Shown piece by piece: positions 29,594-38,867 of a stretch of 64,000 nucleotides of DNA. The notes below the pieces were generated by a model. It saw only the letters and a list, made by a program, of their open reading frames with translations. It was not told the origin of the DNA and searched no databases. The stretch's first letter is position 1; each line of letters begins with the position of its first letter. The stretch covers positions 14,337-78,336 of the forward strand of contig CAZAFB010000006.1 of NCBI GenBank assembly GCA_964484505.1, read 5' to 3'. A program made the translations under genes and the position numbers. The stretch is from an uncultured Bdellovibrionales bacterium (GTDB lineage: Bacteria > Patescibacteriota > Minisyncoccia > Moranbacterales > GWC2-37-73).

Positions 29594-30633
29594 AATACTT
29601 GCTTTTTATCTTTCTTGAGAACAATGACTCTCAAATAAAAAAAGGCTGCGATTATTAACGCAAAAGACAGCAAGAGGGCCAACGCCTTACCCATGGCATG
29701 CGTGCCTAATGCTGCAATTCCAACAATCATCGTAGTGATGCAAAAGAAAATAGTTATCTTACGCTGACTCCAACCAAACTCCAAAAGTCGATGATGAATA
29801 TGCCTTCCGTCCGGATTGAAAATTGATTCCCTCGCTTTAATTCTCTCCAAAATCACCCATAGGGCATCAATAACCGGTATAGCAACGACTAATAAGGTGG
29901 TAGCTATTTTAGCACCCGCAATAATACTCAACATAGCCAAAATGAAACCAAAAAACATCGCTCCGCTGGTTCCGGCGAATATCTTTGCGGGATAAAAATT
30001 AAACAATAGAAAGCCCATAATAGCTCCCGCTAATACCACAGCAATAATAGCTATCGGAGGCTGGTTCACTTCTGGTTTAAGGGATAACAAAAAAATGGCC
30101 AGCACAGCAATTAATGTTATGTTACCGCTCAAGCCGTCTATGCCATCTATCCAATTCATCGCATTCGTCATCAAGAGTATCCAAATAACAACAAAAATTG
30201 CAGCAAACACCTTCAGAAAAACATTGCTATCAAGATAAATAATTCCACCGAAAGGATTGGAAATGTACGTGAGACCAAAACCGAAAAAAAACATCGAGCC
30301 CACCGTGATTACCTGCAAAAAAAGTTGGGTTTTCCAACCCAATTCGCGCAAATCATCCCAGACACCAATTGCCACTATGACCAAACTCGCAAATATCAGG
30401 CCCGCTATTTGCGATGTAATTATCAAATGCCTATCTAATAAAATAGCCAAAATAAAAGCCATGATCACGGCAACACCCCCAAAACGGGAAATGTTTTTAT
30501 TGTGAATATGCCTTGTTTGCTTGCGATTATCAGTAATGTTTTTTTTGCGAAAGAAATATATAAAAACAGCACAAGACATAGCTGAAACAACAAAAGCAAG
30601 AAAAAATGGAAGTATATATAAATCGTAACGCAT
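29590..30633 (-). CDS. WecA/TagO (MraY-like) undecaprenyl-phosphate GlcNAc-1-phosphate transferase
   Basis: GVWDD, NAMNWIDGIDGL, FNFYPAKIF, HIHHRL. Confidence 0.9.
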   Translation of the reverse strand: MRYDLYILPFFLAFVVSAMSCAVFIYFFRKKNITDNRKQTRHIHNKNISRFGGVAVIMAFILAILLDRHLIITSQIAGLIFASLVIVAIGVWDDLRELGWKTQLFLQVITVGSMFFFGFGLTYISNPFGGIIYLDSNVFLKVFAAIFVVIWILLMTNAMNWIDGIDGLSGNITLIAVLAIFLLSLKPEVNQPPIAIIAVVLAGAIMGFLLFNFYPAKIFAGTSGAMFFGFILAMLSIIAGAKIATTLLVVAIPVIDALWVILERIKARESIFNPDGRHIHHRLLEFGWSQRKITIFFCITTMIVGIAALGTHAMGKALALLLSFALIIAAFFYLRVIVLKKDKKQVL

Positions 30634-30709
30634 TGATTTTATAATACATTCATAACGTTATAAAGTTATAACGTTAAAAACCAGCTGCTTTGCATCCGCA
30701 TTAAAATAA

Positions 30710-32401
30710 CTACTTTCTCATCTTTTCCGTAACCCAGAATTCCCCAAAATATTTTTTGATCAAAATACGCGTCTGAGAATCGATTGCCGGCAGCGCGCCC
30801 AAAGTCGGCGCAATTAGCGGCGTCAAAAACCACTGCAGAAACATATAGATGTAACGTTTGCGGGAATATTTGGCCGGACGTGGCGGAAGCAGCATAAAAC
30901 TCAAAAACATAGATGCCACAAGACCGCCCATAGCAAGCATCATGAGATAGCGAGTCACAAAAGGCAAATTATGGGCCAAAACGCTTTCATTGAAAGCAGG
31001 ACCCCCGATGAGCAACGGTAACCATCCAAGCAACGCCAGGATCAAGGCTGAAGTAGCCCAAGAATGATGTCCTTCCAGCATTTCAAAAGCGACTCCCAAT
31101 TTCTTACGCAGAGACACCTTTTTATCAGGCCAAATGGCACGCATAATTATCGGAAAATTTTCCACCCCATACGCCCAGCGCCTCTTTTGTTTATATTGAT
31201 TTTTGATAGTTTTCCAATAAGTCGGCGCCAATACCGCATCCAGAGAAATCGGCAAATAGATCGGCTTTACTTGGTAATCTCCATGATAATATGCAAAACA
31301 TTTCCAATAGATGATAGAATCTTCACTTATCATGTTCACCGGCCAGAAATTTACATTCACCAAGGTATCGAAAGGCTCGCTATGCGAAGAGAAAGTGACC
31401 ATTTCGCTGCGAGTACTTTGATACATGTGCCAAAAAGAAGAGCTGGTCACGATTACGCGCACAAAAGCGTTCGTGTCCCAAAGATTATTGTGATACATTG
31501 GCAGCGGCTGGTAGGAACGCTGCAGACGCTTTGGATCTGTTATATAAGCATAGGTAAGCGCCGCGAAATATTGGGAGTGGCAAACACTATCGCAATCAAA
31601 ATTAGAAAAAATAACCCTATCGTAAGCTATGTTCCTTTCATCCAAATATATCATCAATTTTTTGGCAGCATACGTAGCATTGGAGGCTTTACATTTCATT
31701 TCCCCTGTAGCCACCTCATGCGTAGTTACCAAAAAATCGCGAAACATGCCATGGAATTTATTTTTAAGATAATTCACTTTTTCCAAACGTTGATCTTCTG
31801 GTTCCCTTTCTTCAGTAGCGAGCAATATAATAATCTGTTGATTAGGAAAGTTGCAATCCGCAATAGCCTGAATTGCCGGCTCAATCACGTCAGCAGGTTC
31901 ATTGGCAGTTGGCAACATCACCACATGAACGATGCTACGCCAATCCCAAATTTGATCCTTTATCTTTTCCAATTTTTCAACCTCACGAGAATAGACACGC
32001 ATTTTGGAAAACTCCTTGTGAATTTTGCGCCGCTCCGAAATAGAAAGTCTCTCCGAAAGCATCTCCCTCATCGACACCATACGCTCACGCAAAATATTAC
32101 GATACACCGTCGGATTACTGATGTTCTGACAACGATCCCACCAATCGATTTTTTTTCCCTCCTGAAACTTGCGGTAAGCTGAAACTGAATAATAGGTAAT
32201 AAAAATTGTGCGACAAATCCAATAAACATCGAAAGCTATAATAAATACAGCTACCCAAATGGGCACTAAGAAGGAAAAAACAAACATGCCAATCAAAGTA
32301 CTCCAGGTCAAAATACCCGGAATCACCTCCAAGCGACGTTGGATAAGATACTGCCTAGGATCTTTGGTTTTCGGATTTGGAAAACTGAATGTCTTGTTCA
32401 T
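30710..32401 (-). CDS. GT2 family membrane glycosyltransferase
   Basis: FDCD, ISED, QKRRWAYG plus flanking TM helices. Confidence 0.85.
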   Translation of the reverse strand: MNKTFSFPNPKTKDPRQYLIQRRLEVIPGILTWSTLIGMFVFSFLVPIWVAVFIIAFDVYWICRTIFITYYSVSAYRKFQEGKKIDWWDRCQNISNPTVYRNILRERMVSMREMLSERLSISERRKIHKEFSKMRVYSREVEKLEKIKDQIWDWRSIVHVVMLPTANEPADVIEPAIQAIADCNFPNQQIIILLATEEREPEDQRLEKVNYLKNKFHGMFRDFLVTTHEVATGEMKCKASNATYAAKKLMIYLDERNIAYDRVIFSNFDCDSVCHSQYFAALTYAYITDPKRLQRSYQPLPMYHNNLWDTNAFVRVIVTSSSFWHMYQSTRSEMVTFSSHSEPFDTLVNVNFWPVNMISEDSIIYWKCFAYYHGDYQVKPIYLPISLDAVLAPTYWKTIKNQYKQKRRWAYGVENFPIIMRAIWPDKKVSLRKKLGVAFEMLEGHHSWATSALILALLGWLPLLIGGPAFNESVLAHNLPFVTRYLMMLAMGGLVASMFLSFMLLPPRPAKYSRKRYIYMFLQWFLTPLIAPTLGALPAIDSQTRILIKKYFGEFWVTEKMRK

Positions 32402-32477
32402 ATAATATGATTTCTCTACAAATCCACAAATGACTTCATTCGTACATTACGTATTAAATTCGTATTCGCAGAGAAAA

Positions 32478-32837
32478 TCAGTAGTTGATAAGTATCAATC
32501 CTGCCACAGCTATCGCCAACAACACTTGGGCCATGCAAGTCGCCAAAAGCAACAAATGGGATATTATCCTCTCCTTTTGACCATAAAAAACCATGCCTAA
32601 CAGGGTATTGGCCACCAAGATACAGACTCCTATTGCCGGCAGTGCTTGAACCTGCCACCAATCACCAATCATATCTACCCCGAAATAAGCATTATAATGC
32701 AAAACTATGGAAAAATCAACTGGCCTTATGAAATAGGCCAGCGCCCCCCACATTGCAGCGTTAATAATCATTGCGCCAATGAGCGCCCAATGAACCACGC
32801 TTGAACGAAAAAATTCTTGAGAGAAAAAACGTTGCAT
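32478..32837 (-). CDS. hypothetical membrane protein
   Basis: LHYNAYFGVD motif, three TM segments. Confidence 0.7.
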   Translation of the reverse strand: MQRFFSQEFFRSSVVHWALIGAMIINAAMWGALAYFIRPVDFSIVLHYNAYFGVDMIGDWWQVQALPAIGVCILVANTLLGMVFYGQKERIISHLLLLATCMAQVLLAIAVAGLILINY

Positions 32838-32847
32838 GCTACCGCTA

Positions 32848-33453
32848 TCAATATTTCCTCAAATTACTTACGAGCCTCTTCAAACCGGGCACCTTGTTAA
32901 TCACCTCTTCATGTGGGGCTTCCAGAAATTCCAGCAAGAAGCGATCCAGCATGTCCATACGATATTTGAACTCCTCAGAATTCATAAGCACAAAACTTAT
33001 TTCCTTGCCTATTTCCGCTTCCAGACTATTCATCAGAGAACGCAATTTGCCACGACTGACATTATTGGCCACCAAAACCATATCCGCTTTACTCTTGGGA
33101 TAATTTAAGAAAAGTCCACTGACTAAAAGCAGCTTCACATCGCCAATGGCCCTGACTTTGCTCAAAGATTTACATTGTGGTGCCGCATTTGATTTAGCAA
33201 TCAAATTCTTCAGTTCAGGGTAATAGTGAAAATCAGCGTTAAGCGAATAGAAGCGCGCTTTTTTTCTGACCTTTACTGTAATGAATTTTATTTTTACCAG
33301 ATCGGCAAGCTCCTTTCGCACTTGTGCTAAAGCCAGCATGTTGCGCTTAGCTACCTCGGCAGTGGAAAATTCCCTTTCTTGGTTAAGCAAGAAAAAACGC
33401 AAAATTCTGGTGCGAGAGCGGGATCCAAAAAGAACTTCGAGTGAATCTGACAT
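32848..33453 (-). CDS. winged-HTH protein with nucleotidyltransferase-like C-terminal domain
   Basis: LFGSRSRTRILRFF HTH start; SGLF..ADMVLV. Confidence 0.7.
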   Translation of the reverse strand: MSDSLEVLFGSRSRTRILRFFLLNQEREFSTAEVAKRNMLALAQVRKELADLVKIKFITVKVRKKARFYSLNADFHYYPELKNLIAKSNAAPQCKSLSKVRAIGDVKLLLVSGLFLNYPKSKADMVLVANNVSRGKLRSLMNSLEAEIGKEISFVLMNSEEFKYRMDMLDRFLLEFLEAPHEEVINKVPGLKRLVSNLRKY

Positions 33454-33637
33454 AACAGTAAATATTATTATCGTTTATAGCCGCGTCAAAAGCGCGTTTT
33501 TTAAACCCCCTTTAACCCAAGTATATATCACTATGAGTCCGTCGTAAACCCCGCCCGGAACAACGATGCCGAAAAGAGACAAGACATAGACAAATGTGCT
33601 ATGCTATAATAAAGCAAAGAAATACTCTCAAAGGAAC

Positions 33638-36055
33638 ATGGAAAAAATCATTGGCACGCCGAGAGAATTAGAAAGGCAATATACGCCTATAATGGCTCTT
33701 GGCAACGCTTCTCGCAAACCATATATAGAACATTTCTACCATGAACCTGAAAACATTGTTCAGCAACCACTGGGCACGCTTTTCGGTTATTTTGAAGTAC
33801 GTGAATATAGCGAAGAATCGGCTTATGTCGTCAACTTCCTTAATTCCGTACTTAAAAAAGAGTACTTCATCAATCCCAAAAGAACACTCAGCGAAAGCTT
33901 GGATGCGGCACTGCATAAAGTAAACGTGGCACTTTCAGAAATAGCCAAACACGGAAATATCAATTGGCTGGGACACCTAGATGCTGCAATTTGCGTTCTA
34001 GAAAAGAACAATTTGCATTTTTCCGTATCCGGACAAGCCAACATAATTCTTTCACGAAAGGAAACTTTCAATATAATAAGTGACGGCCTCTCCGCGGAAA
34101 CACCCGATCCTCATCCGCTAAAAACATTCCTAAATGTCGCCAGTGGTCGCTTGGAAGCGGAGGATCGTTTGATTATTACTTCCCGGGAGGTTTTTTCCTT
34201 ATTTACCATTGAACAATTAAAGAAAAACAATAACCGTCTGGATAATGAAAAATTTGTGCAATTTCTAAAAACCGCCCTGATCAACCAAGCACAATTAGCC
34301 CATGTTGGAATTGTAATCATTTCAGAGAAGCCATTGCCAAAGAAAACTAAAAGAGCCAAAAACGGAATATCGGTAGAAAAAATGACCAACGTTTTCAGCC
34401 AACAAGCCTTTTCTCCCAAGAGTGGCCGAAAAGAAACCACTATCTCAGAAGAAGAAGTTTCCCTTTCAGAGGAATCTGAATATACCGACTCCAAAACAGG
34501 ACACATCTACGTGCAAGGTCAACAAGAATCTCTGGAGAAAGAAAGCCCGCTCAAAGAAAAAATCTCCATAATTTTGGAAGGTCTGTCTGACTATTTCAGT
34601 CATGCTAAAAACAAGCTCAGACGCAAATTTAAATCATCCTCCAAAAATTTTTACAAATCCACTGTTCCAAGTGAAATAACACCCACTGAAATGCCATCTA
34701 TGCCGACCACCGAAACACCTGACGTTATTTCGGAGAACCCTGCCGTCAAAACCGAAAAAAAACCCAGCCCAAGACAACAAAAAATCACAACGGATATCAA
34801 AGCGACGCAAGAACCAGCAATAGCATCGCCAAAAAAAGAGCTTCTTTCAATGAGCGGGGAGTCTTCCATGGAAAATAGCCAGGACAAGCTGGAGAGGTTC
34901 ATGACTAAGAAAAAACCAGTTTCCCAAGAAAATGCCGGACAAAAATTAGCCAGAACGGCTTTAGACAGAGCGAAAAACGCCCTTAGATTAAGTCTGCATT
35001 CTTCCAAAAAAGCTTTCGATTCGACTCTTGCTGCCAGCAAAAACACTCTTGAGAAAAGCAAAGCCCTAGGCATGAAACGGCCACGAATCAAAATATCCCT
35101 CCTGCCAAGCATATTGAAAATAAAAAATGCTTTCATGGGCCTGACTTCCAAGCAAAGAATGATCAGTCTGATAGCACTAGCAGCTATAATCATTATGCCT
35201 GCAATCTTTTTAAACATTTCCAAGAAAGAACCAGCCCCTCAACAAACACAAACTATTGAAAAGTCTGATCCGAAAGAAATTTTAGCAAATGAAAAAAACA
35301 TCTCTTTTTCACCTTCCCTTTCGGAAATAACCTCCCAACAAAACACCCTTGTTGTATTGCCGACTGAAAATGGAATAGTATTTGTCGCCAAAAACAATCT
35401 GGTCATCAATGGAGAACAACAAACACAACTGTCCATACCAACATCCACTGAAATAACCCATGCAGCTTACATGAAAGATTTGTCTTTGGTTTTTTTGCTT
35501 ACTTCTGACAACAAAATTTTATCTTTCAGCCCCATTACTAAGCAATTCAAGGAAAACAACATTGAATTTCCTTCCGGATTCAAATCAAAAGGTATTGCCA
35601 CCTATTTAACTTACCTATACGCAGCTGATGCCAATAGCAACCAGATATACCGCTATCCGCGCGCTGAAGGAGGCTTTGGCGCCAAAATTGATTGGCTCAA
35701 GGATTCAACCGATTTAAATTCAGTCACCAGTATGACCCTTGACGATAGCGTATTCCTTGCTTTCTCAGACAAACTGCTCAAATTTTTCAAAGGCAAAAAA
35801 GATAGCTTGAGTCTTGAACAATCCTCCACACCCATAGTATTTTCAACTATTTATACCGATACCAAACAATCCGGAATTTATGTTTTGGATAAACAAAATT
35901 CGCGCGTGATCGTTTTTGACAAGACTAGCGGCCAGATCCGCAAACAATATTACGATGAAAATTTTGCTTCCGCTACTTCCCTTGCCGCCAGTGAACAAAA
36001 CAAACAAATATACATTGCCTCTCCTTCAAAAGTTAACTCAATAGCTATTGAATAA
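33638..36055 (+). CDS. large hypothetical protein: PP2C-like N-terminus, TM helix, C-terminal beta-propeller
   Basis: SGRLEAEDRLII; one TM segment; NHL-like YLYAAD and IYVLDKQNSRV repeats. Confidence 0.65.
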   Translation: MEKIIGTPRELERQYTPIMALGNASRKPYIEHFYHEPENIVQQPLGTLFGYFEVREYSEESAYVVNFLNSVLKKEYFINPKRTLSESLDAALHKVNVALSEIAKHGNINWLGHLDAAICVLEKNNLHFSVSGQANIILSRKETFNIISDGLSAETPDPHPLKTFLNVASGRLEAEDRLIITSREVFSLFTIEQLKKNNNRLDNEKFVQFLKTALINQAQLAHVGIVIISEKPLPKKTKRAKNGISVEKMTNVFSQQAFSPKSGRKETTISEEEVSLSEESEYTDSKTGHIYVQGQQESLEKESPLKEKISIILEGLSDYFSHAKNKLRRKFKSSSKNFYKSTVPSEITPTEMPSMPTTETPDVISENPAVKTEKKPSPRQQKITTDIKATQEPAIASPKKELLSMSGESSMENSQDKLERFMTKKKPVSQENAGQKLARTALDRAKNALRLSLHSSKKAFDSTLAASKNTLEKSKALGMKRPRIKISLLPSILKIKNAFMGLTSKQRMISLIALAAIIIMPAIFLNISKKEPAPQQTQTIEKSDPKEILANEKNISFSPSLSEITSQQNTLVVLPTENGIVFVAKNNLVINGEQQTQLSIPTSTEITHAAYMKDLSLVFLLTSDNKILSFSPITKQFKENNIEFPSGFKSKGIATYLTYLYAADANSNQIYRYPRAEGGFGAKIDWLKDSTDLNSVTSMTLDDSVFLAFSDKLLKFFKGKKDSLSLEQSSTPIVFSTIYTDTKQSGIYVLDKQNSRVIVFDKTSGQIRKQYYDENFASATSLAASEQNKQIYIASPSKVNSIAIE

Positions 36056-36158
36056 AAAAGTTCTTTTCATAAAAATACCGGCCTCAGGACCGGTATTTTT
36101 TAAATTCATATAAAATTAACTTGATTGTTTTTTGGAGATCGAGCCTCCTTTGGACACG

Positions 36159-37871
36159 CTACCATCCTCCACCTCCACCTCCACCTCCACCTCCGCCAGC
36201 TCCCCCTCCACCTCCAGATCCTGAAGGAGCAGAAGTGTTGGCTGCAATCGCCGATGACAAACTTTCCATGGAGGAAGAAAAATTGTCCGCATCGAATGTC
36301 CCGGCACTGCTCACGTACCAAACAGGGGCATGCGTTGCTAAATATTCCTCACCATAAATTTCCCGCATCCGTTTAATCCAAATACCAGTAATACCGAAAA
36401 TAATTGCATAAGGCAGAAACTTTTCAAAGATATTTTCTTTTTCATAAAAAGGCGCTCTGTCTTTATCCACAGTTTCCATGAACAACTTGAACCCTTTGGC
36501 ATCAACATTGAGTTTGGCACCCCTATTTGTCCTCTTAGGCATAATGAAACTGAACACAAGCACAATCAAGGCGGATAATAGGAAACAAAAACCCCAAATA
36601 GGTTCCTTGCTGAATCCCAAAAAGGCAAGCCAAATACCAACAAAACCGACTATCCTCATCACATTTCCAATATGCATGCCTGATGGCACAATCAAATCTT
36701 TGTCCTTCAGAAGCTTTTCGCCCACCTTCTTTATTTGAGGCAATTTTTTGTAGAAAGAATTTTTTAGTTCCGACAACTTCTTTTTTGAGCTTCCTTCAAA
36801 GACCCCTTGCCAGATCTCTTGCTGCACCTTATTTAATTTGGTTTCTTCGTCCAGCTTGCCCATTTTTTCCAATTCATAATCTTTGGTGTCAAAAAAGAGA
36901 ATCTTTTCATGAGTTTCTCTTATTTTAATCAATCCTTTCGTTGCGAAATTTACTATTTCTGCCGTAACCAATTTGTTGTCAAAAGACCCGTTTTTCATAA
37001 GCATTCCCAACTCCGTAGGAGAAAGATTTTCCGGCGAGCCATATTCGGCAATTATCGTATCTCTAACTTCCGGATCTTTGCCAAAACGGTTCCAGAGATA
37101 AAAACAGGCCACAAAGACAGCTAGCGGCACAAATAAGGAAAAATATTTTCCGTAAGCTTCCCAGAATCCCGGTTTATATTCAATGAAAACACCCTTAGGA
37201 AAAGTTACAGAAACTGTTATGCCTTGTCCCTTAGCCAACATACCTTCAGATTCAATTTCCAACACATTTGATTTGCTCCAGTAATATTTTGCCAGCTCTT
37301 TTCCTTTGTTTCCCAAATCGCCGGCATAGTATTCCACCACACTGTTTTCTTTATTCATTTCCTCTGGAAATAAAATTCGAGCATGGAAATGATCCGTTTC
37401 CAATTCCCAAAAATTGCCGTTGAGATTCCAATACAACTCATCAAATTGCGCATCAGAAAAACGGATCGCGTTTTGCACGACGTAATTTATTTTATATACA
37501 TTTACCCCTTGCGCCATAATATCCGGATCACCTATTTTCCAAGTAACAGTACCGGCATTTTTCGTTTCGCTGAACTTTATCGGATTACCCTTGGCATCAC
37601 TGATACCTAGCAAGCTGACCGGCGTCGCCACTTTCTTGCCAGAAATATTCACCTTTTCCGGCAGAATGCGGAAAATACCATGTTTGCCGACCGCATTGCC
37701 GCAATCAGCAGTGATCGTTTCGGTAATGTTCAGGGAAGAATCTTTGTTTACAGTAATTACACTTTCAAAATCCTTAATATACCAATCGGTCACATTTTCC
37801 CTTGCTCGCACTTTGCCCAACGGCAAAAGCATATTGACCAAGATTACCGCAATGACAATTTTAGTTTTCAT
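36159..37871 (-). CDS. DUF2207 family membrane protein
   Basis: ITETIT, HGIFR, ELYWN, EKFLPYAIIFG, terminal GGGGGGGW. Confidence 0.9.
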   Translation of the reverse strand: MKTKIVIAVILVNMLLPLGKVRARENVTDWYIKDFESVITVNKDSSLNITETITADCGNAVGKHGIFRILPEKVNISGKKVATPVSLLGISDAKGNPIKFSETKNAGTVTWKIGDPDIMAQGVNVYKINYVVQNAIRFSDAQFDELYWNLNGNFWELETDHFHARILFPEEMNKENSVVEYYAGDLGNKGKELAKYYWSKSNVLEIESEGMLAKGQGITVSVTFPKGVFIEYKPGFWEAYGKYFSLFVPLAVFVACFYLWNRFGKDPEVRDTIIAEYGSPENLSPTELGMLMKNGSFDNKLVTAEIVNFATKGLIKIRETHEKILFFDTKDYELEKMGKLDEETKLNKVQQEIWQGVFEGSSKKKLSELKNSFYKKLPQIKKVGEKLLKDKDLIVPSGMHIGNVMRIVGFVGIWLAFLGFSKEPIWGFCFLLSALIVLVFSFIMPKRTNRGAKLNVDAKGFKLFMETVDKDRAPFYEKENIFEKFLPYAIIFGITGIWIKRMREIYGEEYLATHAPVWYVSSAGTFDADNFSSSMESLSSAIAANTSAPSGSGGGGGAGGGGGGGGGGGW

Positions 37872-37953
37872 AAGATTCAAAAGATATTTAAATTATTCAG
37901 GAATTATGGGCCTGGAATTTATGCAAATGTGCAACTCCTGTTACTATCAAAAA

Positions 37954-38712
37954 TCAATACCTTCCGTTGAAAATTATCTTGCTGCGGAATTTTTCTATTC
38001 CGGCAAATTCTTTTTCAAAAATTTTATTCATCTCCTCAATATCCTTGATAAGTCCGTTGATTTTCATTATCCACACTATTTCCCCGCTGCCGATAATCCC
38101 CTTGATATTTTCCAAGCTCCTCTTGACGGTAAGTGCGGAATAATAAGCGATAGAGGCGGAAACTATGGAGTCGGGGCGGCTAAATTTATATTTCTCCCTC
38201 CCCTCTTCAACAATGGAATGAAGCGCTCTCGTGGTCTTCACATAAATCATGGGGCTATAGAAAGAAATTTCTTCCACTTCCCTCTGCACGGAATTGATAA
38301 GGCAAGAAATTCCTGGAAGCATGACTGAAAAGTTTTGCAGTAAATCATGTAATCCTTCCGAAGTTTTGCATGCTTTTTTATATAAAGGGTGCTTTTTGGT
38401 AAATTTGTCTTTGATTTTTTCCTGCACATCATATTCCTCTGTGTCTTCGAAGTCTATCTCGATTCCTTTTTCTTTCAGGTTCTTTTCGATCATCTGCATC
38501 GTTTGCGCCATTATTTCTCCGACATGTTCAAAAACGATCTCCATATCATTGGAGTCCTTGCCTTCCATCATGCACCGCAATTTGAATTGCCTGTCGTCTT
38601 GATATATTTTGCAATCATCCCTCATCTGCTCGCATCTCTCACAGTTCCGATCGCAGAAATTGAAAGGTAACCACTTCATGAAGAATTTTCGATTCGCTTG
38701 GCTTATTTTCAT
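37954..38712 (-). CDS. hypothetical protein with Cys cluster
   Basis: FNFCDRNCERC motif. Confidence 0.7.
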   Translation of the reverse strand: MKISQANRKFFMKWLPFNFCDRNCERCEQMRDDCKIYQDDRQFKLRCMMEGKDSNDMEIVFEHVGEIMAQTMQMIEKNLKEKGIEIDFEDTEEYDVQEKIKDKFTKKHPLYKKACKTSEGLHDLLQNFSVMLPGISCLINSVQREVEEISFYSPMIYVKTTRALHSIVEEGREKYKFSRPDSIVSASIAYYSALTVKRSLENIKGIIGSGEIVWIMKINGLIKDIEEMNKIFEKEFAGIEKFRSKIIFNGRY

Positions 38713-38867
38713 ATCCTGATTTTCCAGTTAAAACTTTAAATAAATGCCTTAAATAACCCTGATAGTATTTTCCCATTTTTTACACGCCCGCGCAAACATG
38801 AAAAATCGCCAGCTCATACGGCCAGCGATTCATTTCAATTCTTGTTTGAAATCCCTTGAGTTTTTTA

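Noticed and set aside
36106-36376. Poly-Pro, (HL)n, (EV)n and (RW)n ORFs
   Set aside because: They are alternative frames of the Gly-rich tail of the DUF2207 gene.
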